A DNA stretch of 63,848 nucleotides, filler included, from Octopus bimaculoides (taxonomy: Eukaryota): NCBI RefSeq assembly GCF_001194135.2. It is 5 parts of 5 records of this genome, joined end to end, with 100 filler letters (N's around TTAATTAATTAA, not from the genome) between each part and the next. Parts side by side here need not be neighbours in the genome. Positions count along the whole stretch, not along the records: positions 11,718 to 40,194 come from NC_068990.1; 4 more parts are not named here. One strand, 5' to 3'. Position numbers and translations under genes: made by a program. Positions 24,940 through 36,512 of the stretch are shown one piece after another. Positions within the stretch are counted from its first letter, which is position 1; each line of letters opens with the position of its first letter. The notes under the pieces were generated by a model. That model had not been told where the DNA came from. It worked only from the letters and a program-made list of their open reading frames with translations, and made no database searches.

Positions 24940-25778
24940 GCGTCGGACAAAATGCTTAGCTGTATTTCTTCTGACTTTTTACATTCTGAGTTCAAATTCC
25001 GCCGAAGTTGACTTTGCCTTTCGATAGCACAAGGACCAGCTGAATACTGGGCTCTGTGTAATTAATTAACCCCTCCTTTTACAATTGCAGGCTTAGTACC
25101 AATATTAAAAAGAATTATTATTTTTATTAAGGCAGCAAGCTAGCAGAATCGTTACCACACTGGATAAAATGCTTATCGGAATTTCTTCCAGTTTTACATT
25201 CTGAATTCAAATTCCACCGAGCTCAACTATGCCATTCATCCTTTCGAGGTCGATAAAATAGGTACCATTTAAACACTGGTGTCGAAGTAGTCGACTTACC
25301 CACTTCCCTCAAACTGCTAGTTTGTACCAAAATTTTAAATCTTCCTAATTATTATTTTTAGGGCGGTGAACTGGCAAAATCTTTGGCACGCCAGGTGAAA
25401 TGCTTGGCGGTATTTCGTCCGTCTTCACGTTCTGAGTTGAAATTCCTCCCAGGTCGACTTTGCTTTTCATCCTTTCGGGGTCAATGAAATAAGCACCAGT
25501 TAAGCATTGGGTTCGATGTAATCGACTATCACCTTCCTAAAATTTCAGGCCTTGTGCCGAAAGGATGACTATTATTATTATAAGACGGCGAACTGGCAGA
25601 ATCGTTAGCATGCGGGCGAAATGCTTGGCGGTATTTGGTCTGTCTTCATGTTCTGAGTTCAAATTCTGCCGAGGTCGACATTGTTTTTCATCCTCGCGAG
25701 TTCAATAAATTAAGTACCAGTCATGCACTGGAGTCGATGTATTCGATTAATCCTCTCCTTCAAAATTTCAGGATCTTT
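24940..25778 (+). mobile_element. Head-to-tail array of four SINE family A copies
   Basis: Four co-oriented copies start at ~24940, 25130, 25360 and 25583. Each has 'ttctga(g/a)tt(c/g)aaatt' and they are separated by short (ATT)n spacers. Confidence 0.85.
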
Positions 25779-25779
25779 G

Positions 25780-25947
25780 CTAGCACTTCTCACGAACGAA
25801 TCTTTTTATATTTTTTTTTTTACCAAATAGTGACTGGTGACGAGAAATGGGTTCTCTATAAAAGTGTCAAGCGCCGAAGACAATGGGTAGGGAAAGGAGA
25901 AACACCAGCACGCCAGGCTAAAGAAGGTCTTCACTCACCTAAGGTGT
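25780..25947 (+). mobile_element. mariner transposase fragment (first catalytic D region)
   Basis: QIVTGDEKWVLYKSVKRRRQWVGKGETPARQAKEGLHSPKVL has TGDEKW and a degenerate LHPKKV motif. Cut off by a (TTC)n tract. Confidence 0.85.
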
Positions 25948-26210
25948 TATCTTCTTCTTCTTCTTCTTCTTCTTCTTCTTCTTCTTCTTCTTCTTCTTCT
26001 TCTTCTTCTTCTTCTTCTTTTTCTTTTCTTCTTCTTCTTCTTCTTCTTCTTCTTCTCTGCCAAGAAACAAGGAAAATGCCCCTTGTATTTGAATACTATG
26101 CAAATATTCTTTTAAAAAAACTTATGTAATTTTACCAAAATTTATTTGTTTTTCATTGAAAAAGTCTAAAATGTTTTTTATGATAAAATCAGTTTAGCAT
26201 TTTCTACCTT

Positions 26211-26276
<66 letters not shown>

Positions 26277-26699
26277 CATGTGTGTGTGTATACGCACATA
26301 AATAGTATTGCGTATCATTATTTGTATGGGCATCAGGCATGTATAATGCATATACGCAGGCGTATATATATGTGCATGCATCGCGCATGTGGTGTGTGTG
26401 TCTGTGTGTGCGTGTGTGTGTGCGCGTGTGTAAGTTTGTGCGCACGCGTGATAGTCCAAAAGATCAAAATATAGTTTACAATGCAGCTGAGGATATACTC
26501 ATAATAGGAAAGAATAGTGTTGCAACATTTCTTTGTAAAATGTTTATTACAAACAGTTTTGTGCTTCAGAGGAAAGAAATTAGTTGTCCATTAGATGTTG
26601 AAATAACGTTCAAGTTAAAAGGAAAAGAAAATGTATTTGTTGAATTAACAAGTCTGCAGACACTGCACCCAAACTACATATATTTATGCTTGTTCTTAT

Positions 26700-26840
26700 G
26701 TTCAGTTATAATAAAAACAATCTTACATCAATGTTATGGGTTACTCTATACTTTTGGAGAGTACGAATTTATTATTGTTAAACAAGAATGCTGCTGATAG
26801 TGACTTCGAAATTTCGACCAGCAAAGCCATTGTCAAGGTT
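26700..26840. repeat. Interspersed repeat with HHR-like motif on minus strand (second copy 43745-43870)
   Basis: Two colinear copies share 'tctatacttttg..gagtac.aatttatt...gatagt.acttcgaa.tttcg.ccagcaaag.cat'. Confidence 0.6.
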
Positions 26841-27180
26841 ATTTGTTATGGCCGGTCGAGAGTAACCATTGGTTTCGCACCTTTAACGCCATGTTGAAGT
26901 GGCAACAAACATTATATATACATATATATATATACATACATACATACATACGTATATGTGATTATTGAGAACGCTGGTAACATAAGGTTTCAGAAAAGAA
27001 AAATCGGCCAACTAAAATGCTCATTACAAATGCAATCTGCAAGCGGAAAAGTAAAAATTAGTAAAACAAACTTTTCTCAAGTTCAAAATGTGACATTGTT
27101 TTTGTTATGTACCTTCCTTTGCATCTTTGTCAGAAATCACTTCGTTACAGGAAAATTTTAAAATCTAAAAGTAGAAGAGA

Positions 27181-27234
<54 letters not shown>

Positions 27235-27599
27235 TCACACACACACACACACTCATATACATACATATTTACATATTTCTATTTTGGAACGGTGGATCTC
27301 AAAGCAGATAAAGCTATAAATAATTGCGTGTAATTGGACTGAAAAACACTTTGGACAGAAAACATCGAAGAGTGCCGTTGGGAGTCAACTATATAGAGTT
27401 GAAGCATAGGAGTAACCATTATGTTCTAGAGATCTGATTGATGAGTTAGAGTTTTTTTCTCTGCAATGATTTGGAAATATATAATTGTATTGTATAATGT
27501 ATAGCATGCAGACATGTAAAGTAATTTATTATGCACGGAAATTGTTATCACATGATGAAGGCTGCGAAACAGTCGTAACCCTAAGGATGATATGTACAC

Positions 27600-27660
<61 letters not shown>

Positions 27661-28350
27661 NNNNNNNNNNNNNNNNNNNNNNNNNNNNNNNNNNNNNNNN
27701 NNNNNNNNNNNNNNNNNNNNNNNNNNNNNNNNNNNNNNNNNNNNNNNNNNNNNNNNNNNNNNNNNNNNNNNNNNNNNNNNNNNNNNNNNNNNNNNNNNNN
27801 NNNNNNNNNNNNNNNNNNNNNNNNNNNNNNNNNNNNNNNNNNNNNNNNNNNNNNNNNNNNNNNNNNNNNNNNNNNNNNNNNNNNNNNNNNNNNNNNNNNN
27901 NNNNNNNNNNNNNNNNNNNNNNNNNNNNNNNNNNNNNNNNNNNNNNNNNNNNNNNNNNNNNNNNNNNNNNNNNNNNNNNNNNNNNNNNNNNNNNNNNNNN
28001 NNNNNNNNNNNNNNNNNNNNNNNNNNNNNNNNNNNNNNNNNNNNNNNNNNNNNNNNNNNNNNNNNNNNNNNNNNNNNNNNNNNNNNNNNNNNNNNNNNNN
28101 NNNNNNNNNNNNNNNNNNNNNNNNNNNNNNNNNNNNNNNNNNNNNNNNNNNNNNNNNNNNNNNNNNNNNNNNNNNNNNNNNNNNNNNNNNNNNNNNNNNN
28201 NNNNNNNNNNNNNNNNNNNNNNNNNNNNNNNNNNNNNNNNNNNNNNNNNNNNNNNNNNNNNNNNNNNNNNNNNNNNNNNNNNNNNNNNNNNNNNNNNNNN
28301 NNNNNNNNNNNNNNNNNNNNNNNNNNNNNNNNNNNNNNNNNNNNNNNNNT

Positions 28351-29034
28351 GATCCGCTGTTAATTTTACACTGTGGGGTGACCAGAGCTGAGAGCAGTAG
28401 TCCAGGCGGCTGAGAGAACCAGAGGTCCATTATAGTTTCCTTCTCTCGTCTACACTTTGTCGTTATCCTGGCAAACTGCACTTGGAAAGAGGTATCATCA
28501 CTCACGTCGATACCCAGGTGCCGCACTGATTTAGGCTCTGGGATTGTAATCCCCTGTGAATCAGTGTATCCTGTAAGTTTAATATTCAGTTTTCGGCGCT
28601 GAAGCGCAGGGCTTGGAATTTTCCAGCATTAAACTGCATATTATTATTCTCAGCCCATCTGTAAATTGAGTCCAACTCCTCTTGCAGGCGTGCAATATCG
28701 CTGGGGTTCTGTATTTTCTGCGAGATTTTCCAGCATTAAACTGCATATTATTGTCCTCAACCCGTCTGTAAATTAAGTCCAACTCCTACTGCAGGTGTGC
28801 AACATCGCTGGAGTTCTGTATTTTCTGCGAGGCTTTCGAATCGTCTGCGTAGCTAGCAACGTTGGCCGTCCAGGCAGCTGAGGGCACATCTGAGAGAGCC
28901 ATTATGAAAAGCAGTGGTCCCAAGACAGTGCCCTGTGGAACACCACTCACTATTTGTGTTTTCCTTGAGCTGGCTCCATTGGCCATTACTGCCTGACTTC
29001 TATCTATCAGAAAGTCTTGTAACCACTCTCCAGC
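28351..29034 (-). mobile_element. CR1/Jockey-group non-LTR retrotransposon RT remnant
   Basis: GEWLQDFLIDRSQAVMANG...SGVPQGTVLGPLLF...ASYADDSK...NNMQFNAGK gives RT motifs 4-5 (GVPQG, YADD). Contains stops and an internal duplication. Confidence 0.9.
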
Positions 29035-29069
29035 ATGTGTATACACACACAAACACACACAGGCACACA

Positions 29070-29137
<68 letters not shown>

Positions 29138-29723
29138 NNNNNNNNNNNNNNNNNNNNNNNNNNNNNNNNNNNNNNNNNNNNNNNNNNNNNNNNNNNNNNN
29201 NNNNNNNNNNNNNNNNNNNNNNNNNNNNNNNNNNNNNNNNNNNNNNNNNNNNNNNNNNNNNNNNNNNNNNNNNNNNNNNNNNNNNNNNNNNNNNNNNNNN
29301 NNNNNNNNNNNNNNNNNNNNNNNNNNNNNNNNNNNNNNNNNNNNNNNNNNNNNNNNNNNNNNNNNNNNNNNNNNNNNNNNNNNNNNNNNNNNNNNNNNNN
29401 NNNNNNNNNNNNNNNNNNNNNNNNNNNNNNNNNNNNNNNNNNNNNNNNNNNNNNNNNNNNNNNNNNNNNNNNNNNNNNNNNNNNNNNNNNNNNNNNNNNN
29501 NNNNNNNNNNNNNNNNNNNNNNNNNNNNNNNNNNNNNNNNNNNNNNNNNNNNNNNNNNNNNNNNNNNNNNNNNNNNNNNNNNNNNNNNNNNNNNNNNNNN
29601 NNNNNNNNNNNNNNNNNNNNNNNNNNNNNNNNNNNNNNNNNNNNNNNNNNNNNNNNNNNNNNNNNNNNNNNNNNNNNNNNNNNNNNNNNNNNNNNNNNNN
29701 NNNNNNNNNNNNNNNNNNNNNNN

Positions 29724-29754
<31 letters not shown>

Positions 29755-29899
29755 AAAATGGAGGAGAATATGCAGTATCCATCGACTTGCAGACAGTGTA
29801 TTCCGTTGAATTAATTAATTTATTTTGTAACTAAAATGACAAAAACCACAATATACAATTACGAAGTAAATACAAGGTAATCACAAGAAAACAAATATC

Positions 29900-31888
29900 T
29901 GAATTAATGTAAACTTACCTTGTATTCAATGTTTCGGGGTTATGATCCCATTTTCAAGAAATTGACGAATGTTGCCGATGTGCGTGTGTGTAACCGTGTG
30001 TGGAGTGGACACGTGCAGAAAGGTGTTGCTATAGCAACCAGCTAAACTCCTGTAACTCCCTTTTATTGTTGACCTTCGGTTTCTTTTGGTATTTGAGGAT
30101 GGCCTCAGAGATTCTAAGGTTGCTCCTGGCTCGCTGTGTTGCCTTGATGTACACTGTGAATTCCTGGGTCTGACATTTCTGTAGATATTTCTTTACAGAA
30201 GTGTCTGCATGTGTTCCTTAATGCGTACATGCAGTTTTCTTGTCGTGTTTCCGATGTAGGATGCGCCACATTTTCCACAGATGATCTCATGCACGACATA
30301 AGTCCTCTAGCACAATTCAGGGTCATCGATGGGGCAGTTCGACAATGTGTACTCCTCAGAATAGTGAGAGGTGTTGTTCTTGGACAGAGCTTTTCTCAGA
30401 GAAGGGCCGGTGTGCACTATCTGTATGTCGAGTCCTTCCCTGCGGACTGCGTGTTGTAGTATCACTGCAGTAGTTCTGTCACCAAAGTGTGGTAGCTTTA
30501 GGAAGCAGGTGCCTGACTTGGGAGTATGCTGGTTCTTCCGGGGTTTATCGACCTTGATGTTTTTCAGGCGCCGTTGTTTAGCTAAAGATGGTGGGTAGCC
30601 ATTCAGAGTTAGGTCTCTGAGGAACTGTTTGGTGTTGACGGCTTTGTCGGTCACGTTGCTGCAATTGTTGCTTATACGTGCAATCTCATTTCTCACGTAT
30701 GCGACTTTGGCTCTGGTGGTCAAGGCTGATTGGTAGTAGACGAAAAGTTTTCTATTAGCAGCTTTTCTATAGAATCTGGTAAATATAGAACCCTCCTCTG
30801 TGATCTTGAATTGGAAGTTGAGTAGAGAGAGAGTTCCGGATTCGTCTGGATGTTCAATCTCGAATTTGATGTTTATGTCGGTGTAATTGAAGGTCTGGTA
30901 TATGTTAATGATAATGATGTCATCAACGTACATGGAGAAGAAGATGCATGAGCGGCAGGTGTAGAGAGCTGTGCGTTCTCGCTTATCCATATACGCGATG
31001 GCCAGTAGGTCTGAAAGGCTAGACCCCATAGGAAGTCTGTTTGTAAATCACACCGTTATATTGAAAGTAGGTATTACCAACTATAATGGTTAGTAACTCT
31101 CGTATGTCCGAGGGTGTGAGGCCGAAGAGCTGGAGATTGATGGACAGGGAGGTGGCAGAAGATGAAGAGGAAGATGGGGAGGAGGAGATTGAAGGGGAGG
31201 GAGGGAGAGATGAGGAGGGAGGTGGCGGGCAAAGAAATGTGGGGGAGATAAGGACGTGATGTGATCTATGATGATATCAACGGTTGCAAGAGCGGGTACA
31301 GAGGTGTAGAGGAAAACTACGTCTAAACTAAAAGGGTATTTGTCAGTTTTAAGTATGGAGTGGTCGATACCTTTGAGGCTTGTGAAGATTCCGTGGAAGT
31401 TGCTGACGTGTCCGGGGTATGCGTGTAGTATGGGCTTGAGGAGTTTAGAGAGGAGCCAGGAAATCTTATAGAAAGCATCGTTAATTCTTGATTCTATGGA
31501 TTTGATTTTAAGGTTAGGTCCGGGTCTCTGGGTTTTTATTAAATGGTAGAAGGATGGAAGGGTGGTGTTTTTAGATGTGTAGTTCAGTGTAGTCTTCTTA
31601 GAGAGATTCCTTTGGTGACAGATGTTGGTGCAGCTGGTGTTGATGATGGACTCCAGTTGGTGAGATGTGATGTTGTAAACCTTTTCGTATAGTGTGGTGT
31701 CACTGAGGTGTTCGAAACCTAGTTTGTTGTTGGTAGGTTTGTCTATAATGCAGAATTCTTTCTCTTTGTCTGAAGGTAGGTAGATGAGGTTTTTGTAGGT
31801 TTTGCAAGGTCAGGAATTGGGATTTAGTAAGGTTACGTGATGGGGAAGGGTGTTTATCTAATATGTTAAGTATGGATTGTTTGAGTCT
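29900..31888 (-). mobile_element. Penelope-like element (RT plus C-terminal GIY-YIG), 5' truncated and decayed
   Basis: FSLDVVFLYTSVP; MGSSLSDLLAIAYMD; MYVDDI; FYRK thumb region; Cys-containing linker (LSNCPIDDPELC); YVVHEIICGKCGASYIGNTTRKLHVRIKEH endonuclease. Confidence 0.92.
29925..29960 (-). ncRNA. Variant hammerhead-like motif (U3/A8 core) in the PLE 3' UTR
   Basis: Minus strand UUC-UUGAAAA-U-GGG(aucauaac)CCC-GAAA-C-A-UU-GAA. Stem III has A where G is expected. Confidence 0.5.
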
Positions 31889-33613
31889 AGTTCCCTCCTT
31901 AGTATGGGTCTGCGCTTCATCCCCCTCACTCCATCTAGCAACGAATTTCGGACTCGTGTCGATATCCACAGCTTTGTGCGCCGCGTTAGGTTGTGTGCGC
32001 TTTTCCGCACACAACCTGCATCTAATGAGGAGGACTGCTTCACCGACCTGGGCCGCCGACTATCCCAGTGGACGCCAGCTCCTGGCCAGTTCCAAGCAGT
32101 TGATCTTTTTGCGGGTGCCTGCTAGCGTGCTGTGAACCGGTTTGACTTTTCCAAGCGTCTCCGGCATCTGAACGACTCCCCATCCGCATTCTCGGCCCTT
32201 CGATGTATCCGACGCCGCACGGACATCATCATAAAACTGCCCGACAAGGATGGTGCCGTGGTGGTGTGGGGCGCAGACCTCAACAAGTCAGAAGCTCTCC
32301 GCCAACTTCAAGATACCTCCTTCTACNNNNNNNNNNNNNNNNNNNNNNNNNNNNNNNNNNNNNNNNNNNNNNNNNNNNNNNNNNNNNNNNNNNNNNNNNN
32401 NNNNNNNNNNNNNNNNNNNNNNNNNNNNNNNNNNNNNNNNNNNNNNNNNNNNNNNNNNNNNNNNNNNNNNNNNNNNNNNNNNNNNNNNNNNNNNNNNNNN
32501 NNNNNNNNNNNNNNNNNNNNNNNNNNNNNNNNNNNNNNNNNNNNNNNNNNNNNNNNNNNNNNNNNNNNNNNNNNNNNNNNNNNNNNNNNNNNNNNNNNNN
32601 NNNNNNNNNNNNNNNNNNNNNNNNNNNNNNNNNNNNNNNNNNNNNNNNNNNNNNNNNNNNNNNNNNNNNCCCTGGTCGCCCCTTCGTCTCCGCTTGCAAC
32701 TGCCCCACCGAACTCATCTCCAGATATCTTGACCGTCTCCTTTGCCCCGCTTGTGGCTTCCCTCCCCTCTCACATCCATGGTACCAACCGTGCTCTTCGT
32801 TTGTTCAGCTCTTTCTCCTTCCCTCCTGGCCCCTCTAAACTTCTTTTCACTCTTGACATCAAGAGTCTATACACGGTGATCCCTCACCACGAGGGGCTGC
32901 GTGCACTCCAACATTTCCCCGACTTTCGACCCAACCTCCAGCCTGACACATCCACACGCCCTCGTCTGGCCGAACTTGTCCTCTCACTTTACTGCTTCTC
33001 GTTCGCGGGTGATTGTTACTAGCATTCTAGGGAGTGGCCATGGGAACGAGAATCGGCCCCAACTACGCGAACTTGTTCGTTGGCTATGTTGAGGCCCAAA
33101 TATTCTCAAGTTTCACTGGTCCCACTCCTGAACTATACGGTCGTTATATGGATGACTGTATCGGTGCGACCTCACTCTCTCGCGAACATCAAGGCAATTT
33201 CCTCTCTTTTCTCAAATCTTTCCATCCTGCCCTCCACTTCTCCAGTACTATTTCCGACATCTCAGTCGCCTTTCTCGACATTTCAGTCAGCATTCATCAC
33301 TCCACTCTCACCACCTCCATCCACTACAAACACACAGATTCACACTCATACCTCGACTTCTCCTCCTCCTACCCTAAACACACCAAGGTCTCCATCCCCT
33401 ATTTCCAATTCTTCCGTCTACGCAGCTCTGCAGTGACAACCATGACTTTGAGACTCAGTCTCAACTCATGGCTCGCCACTTCAGCCTACGTGGATATCCT
33501 CTTATTACTATTCACACCACCCTTACCAGAGCACTTCCGTGGACCGTGCATCTGCCCTATCCCTCCTCCCCCGCCCCACCGCCACCCGTCTCCCGTTTCC
33601 CCTCACCTACCCC
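31889..33613 (+). mobile_element. Second Penelope-like element (Neptune-type RT), GC-rich, frameshifted
   Basis: LLSMGLRFIP; IIIKLPDKDGAVVVW; PGRPFVSACNCPTELIS; LFTLDIKSLYTVIPH; GVAMGTRIGPNYANLFVG; YGRYMDDCIG; HYKHTDSHSYL. Interrupted by a gap and ends in a gap. Confidence 0.92.
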
Positions 33614-34420
33614 NNNNNNNNNNNNNNNNNNNNNNNNNNNNNNNNNNNNNNNNNNNNNNNNNNNNNNNNNNNNNNNNNNNNNNNNNNNNNNNNNNNNNNN
33701 NNNNNNNNNNNNNNNNNNNNNNNNNNNNNNNNNNNNNNNNNNNNNNNNNNNNNNNNNNNNNNNNNNNNNNNNNNNNNNNNNNNNNNNNNNNNNNNNNNNN
33801 NNNNNNNNNNNNNNNNNNNNNNNNNNNNNNNNNNNNNNNNNNNNNNNNNNNNNNNNNNNNNNNNNNNNNNNNNNNNNNNNNNNNNNNNNNNNNNNNNNNN
33901 NNNNNNNNNNNNNNNNNNNNNNNNNNNNNNNNNNNNNNNNNNNNNNNNNNNNNNNNNNNNNNNNNNNNNNNNNNNNNNNNNNNNNNNNNNNNNNNNNNNN
34001 NNNNNNNNNNNNNNNNNNNNNNNNNNNNNNNNNNNNNNNNNNNNNNNNNNNNNNNNNNNNNNNNNNNNNNNNNNNNNNNNNNNNNNNNNNNNNNNNNNNN
34101 NNNNNNNNNNNNNNNNNNNNNNNNNNNNNNNNNNNNNNNNNNNNNNNNNNNNNNNNNNNNNNNNNNNNNNNNNNNNNNNNNNNNNNNNNNNNNNNNNNNN
34201 NNNNNNNNNNNNNNNNNNNNNNNNNNNNNNNNNNNNNNNNNNNNNNNNNNNNNNNNNNNNNNNNNNNNNNNNNNNNNNNNNNNNNNNNNNNNNNNNNNNN
34301 NNNNNNNNNNNNNNNNNNNNNNNNNNNNNNNNNNNNNNNNNNNNNNNNNNNNNNNNNNNNNNNNNNNNNNNNNNNNNNNNNNNNNNNNNNNNNNNNNNNN
34401 NNNNNNNNNNNNNNNNNNNN

Positions 34421-35170
34421 NAAACTACGCTGCTGGAGCAAAATGTGTATGCTGGGTATTTTGGCTCGGTTGAGGACTTCGGTTTGTGGTCGGTCCACTT
34501 AACGTCCAAGATGCGTCTTAAATTGCGAAGGTGAAAGATGTTGAGACGCCACTCCTGTGTAGAGTAGAGGCTCCACGTTTCACTACCATGAAGTAGAGTA
34601 CTAAGGACGCATGCCTTATAGACAACAATTTTAGTGTTTGCAGCCAGTTTTTTTGTTTTCACAGTCTCTCTGGAAAAATTTGTGAGCCTGGAAAAATGTG
34701 GAGAATGCTTGTCCGATTCGCCTGTTGATCTCAGGGTCAAGGGAGAGGTCATGAGCGATGGTAGAGCCAAGGTATGTGAACTGATGGACTACCTCCAGCT
34801 TGTAGTTGTTGATGGTGATGATAGGCGCACTTGACACTGTGACCCATTACTTGGGGCTTTGAGAGTTTGTCTACGATGTGCTGCATTTGCTCTTCAGAGT
34901 GCGTTGTCAGTGTTGCATCGTCTGCGAACAGCATTTCTCTGACGAGTACCTGGCGCACGTTGGATTTTGCTTTCAGCCTCGACAGATTAAACAGTTTGTC
35001 ACTTGTCCTGGTGTGGAAGTAAACACCATCAGTTGATGTCCCAAATGCATGTTTCAGCATAACTGCAGAGACGATGCCAAAAAGGATGGGAGCAAGTACA
35101 CAGCTCTGTTTCACGCCACTGCGGAAAAGAGCCATCAAATTGAACGATGCCTTTCATGTCCGTGTGAAAT
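34421..35170 (-). mobile_element. RTE-clade LINE RT remnant
   Basis: SGVKQSCVLAPILF; REMLFADDATL; LEVVHQFTYLGSTI; EINRRIGQA; TKIVVYKACVLSTLLHGSETW; LNIFHLRNLRRIL. These are RTE/BovB-type motifs. Confidence 0.92.
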
Positions 35171-35276
35171 GATATCGTGGCAAGGATTTTTAACCGGCCA
35201 TGTGTGTGTGTGTGTGTGTGTGCGTGCGTATGATTAAGTGCTTTTATTTATATATATATACATATGATTGAGTGCT

Positions 35277-35332
<56 letters not shown>

Positions 35333-35519
35333 AGAAGGAAGAAGAAAGAGAAGTGAGCTCTTGGCAGACGCCGGGTAACCAAAGAGAAAGACCTTATTTG
35401 CTGTTGCGTTTTCATATTCTTTGTAACTAGAGAAAACCAATCAAAAACAAAGGAATTTTCTCCTCTGAACAGCTTGACCAATGAATGCTGTAACTTCTCA
35501 TATTTTTATCTTCAGAACT

Positions 35520-36140
35520 ACATTGTCAACGGAATGCATTACATAGGAATGTGGTCTTCCTACCATACTTCATTTGTAGATAGTACAGAGATTACATATT
35601 TGAACAAATGTTTATGATGTAAGTCACATCTTTGTTACCATTTCCATAGTGTCTGCATCAGTTGACATACTCAAGTATCTTATTTGCATTCTCTTTGTTT
35701 TGTGTACCAGGTATTTTGTTATTTCCTGTTCATGGATTGAAAAGAGCTTAGCTTACACAGGGAAAGCTAATATATCGGTTATTAGTCCAAAACAGGCTAC
35801 TTTAATAATCTGCATGTTGCACTGAAGCTTTTGATAATAGCCATACATGACTTTCTGCTGACGAGCAGGAAGTAAGCATTTCATCTGATATTCTAATGCA
35901 GTAGACTTGTGCAACTTCACTCCGTGTGTATTCCTGCATTTAGTGAACCTATATTTCCCGAGGAGTTCTTTTTAAACTCCCATAATGGTATTTGTCTCAA
36001 GTAGACAGACTTGATACATCAGGGCACTTTGACATTTGATGATTCGTAGAAGCTGTCGCAAATTATTTAACGTATCTGATAGTTCTGGCATTACCGTTAG
36101 AGATGGCATTTAAGGTAAATTCAATGTCTACCATGTCGAG
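35520..36140 (-). pseudogene. Possible very degenerate DDE transposase (Sola-like)
   Basis: Frameshifted ACFG/NNRYIS resembles the SDxCxGQNxN motif and PHSY resembles the GHSY motif. Many stops. Confidence 0.3.
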
Positions 36141-36269
36141 CATGCGTCTGTTTATGTATATATGTATTTGTGTATGTGTGTATGTATGTTCTCTTCTGTT
36201 TTTAACTATTTGAAGGAGTTGGTTCTAATAAAGATACTGTGCTGCATCTCTTCCTCTATCATTTCCCCC

Positions 36270-36512
36270 CTCTCGTTCTTCCTCTTTACTACTACGTATC
36301 TCGCTTTACCCCTCTCGTTCTTCCTCTGTTACTACTACGTATCTCTTTTTTCCCCTCGTACTTCCTCTCTTTCTCTTTTCCTTTCGTTGCTCACCTATTC
36401 TTCTACTTCCTCCCTTTGTTTCTCCCTCTACCACTCTCTCTCTTCCCCTCGTTCTTCCTCTTTACTACTACGTATCTCGCTTTACCCCTCTCGTTCTTCC
36501 TCTGTTACTACT
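36270..36512. repeat. ~42-bp minisatellite (ctcgttcttcctct.ttactactacgtatctcgctttacccct)
   Basis: At least 3-4 units that run into a ~680-bp gap. Confidence 0.85.

Noticed and set aside
35516-35618. Plus-strand exon-like segment (strong acceptor and GTAAGT donor)
   Set aside because: All three frames contain a stop, and the region may be the antisense of a transposase relic. A non-coding exon is not excluded.
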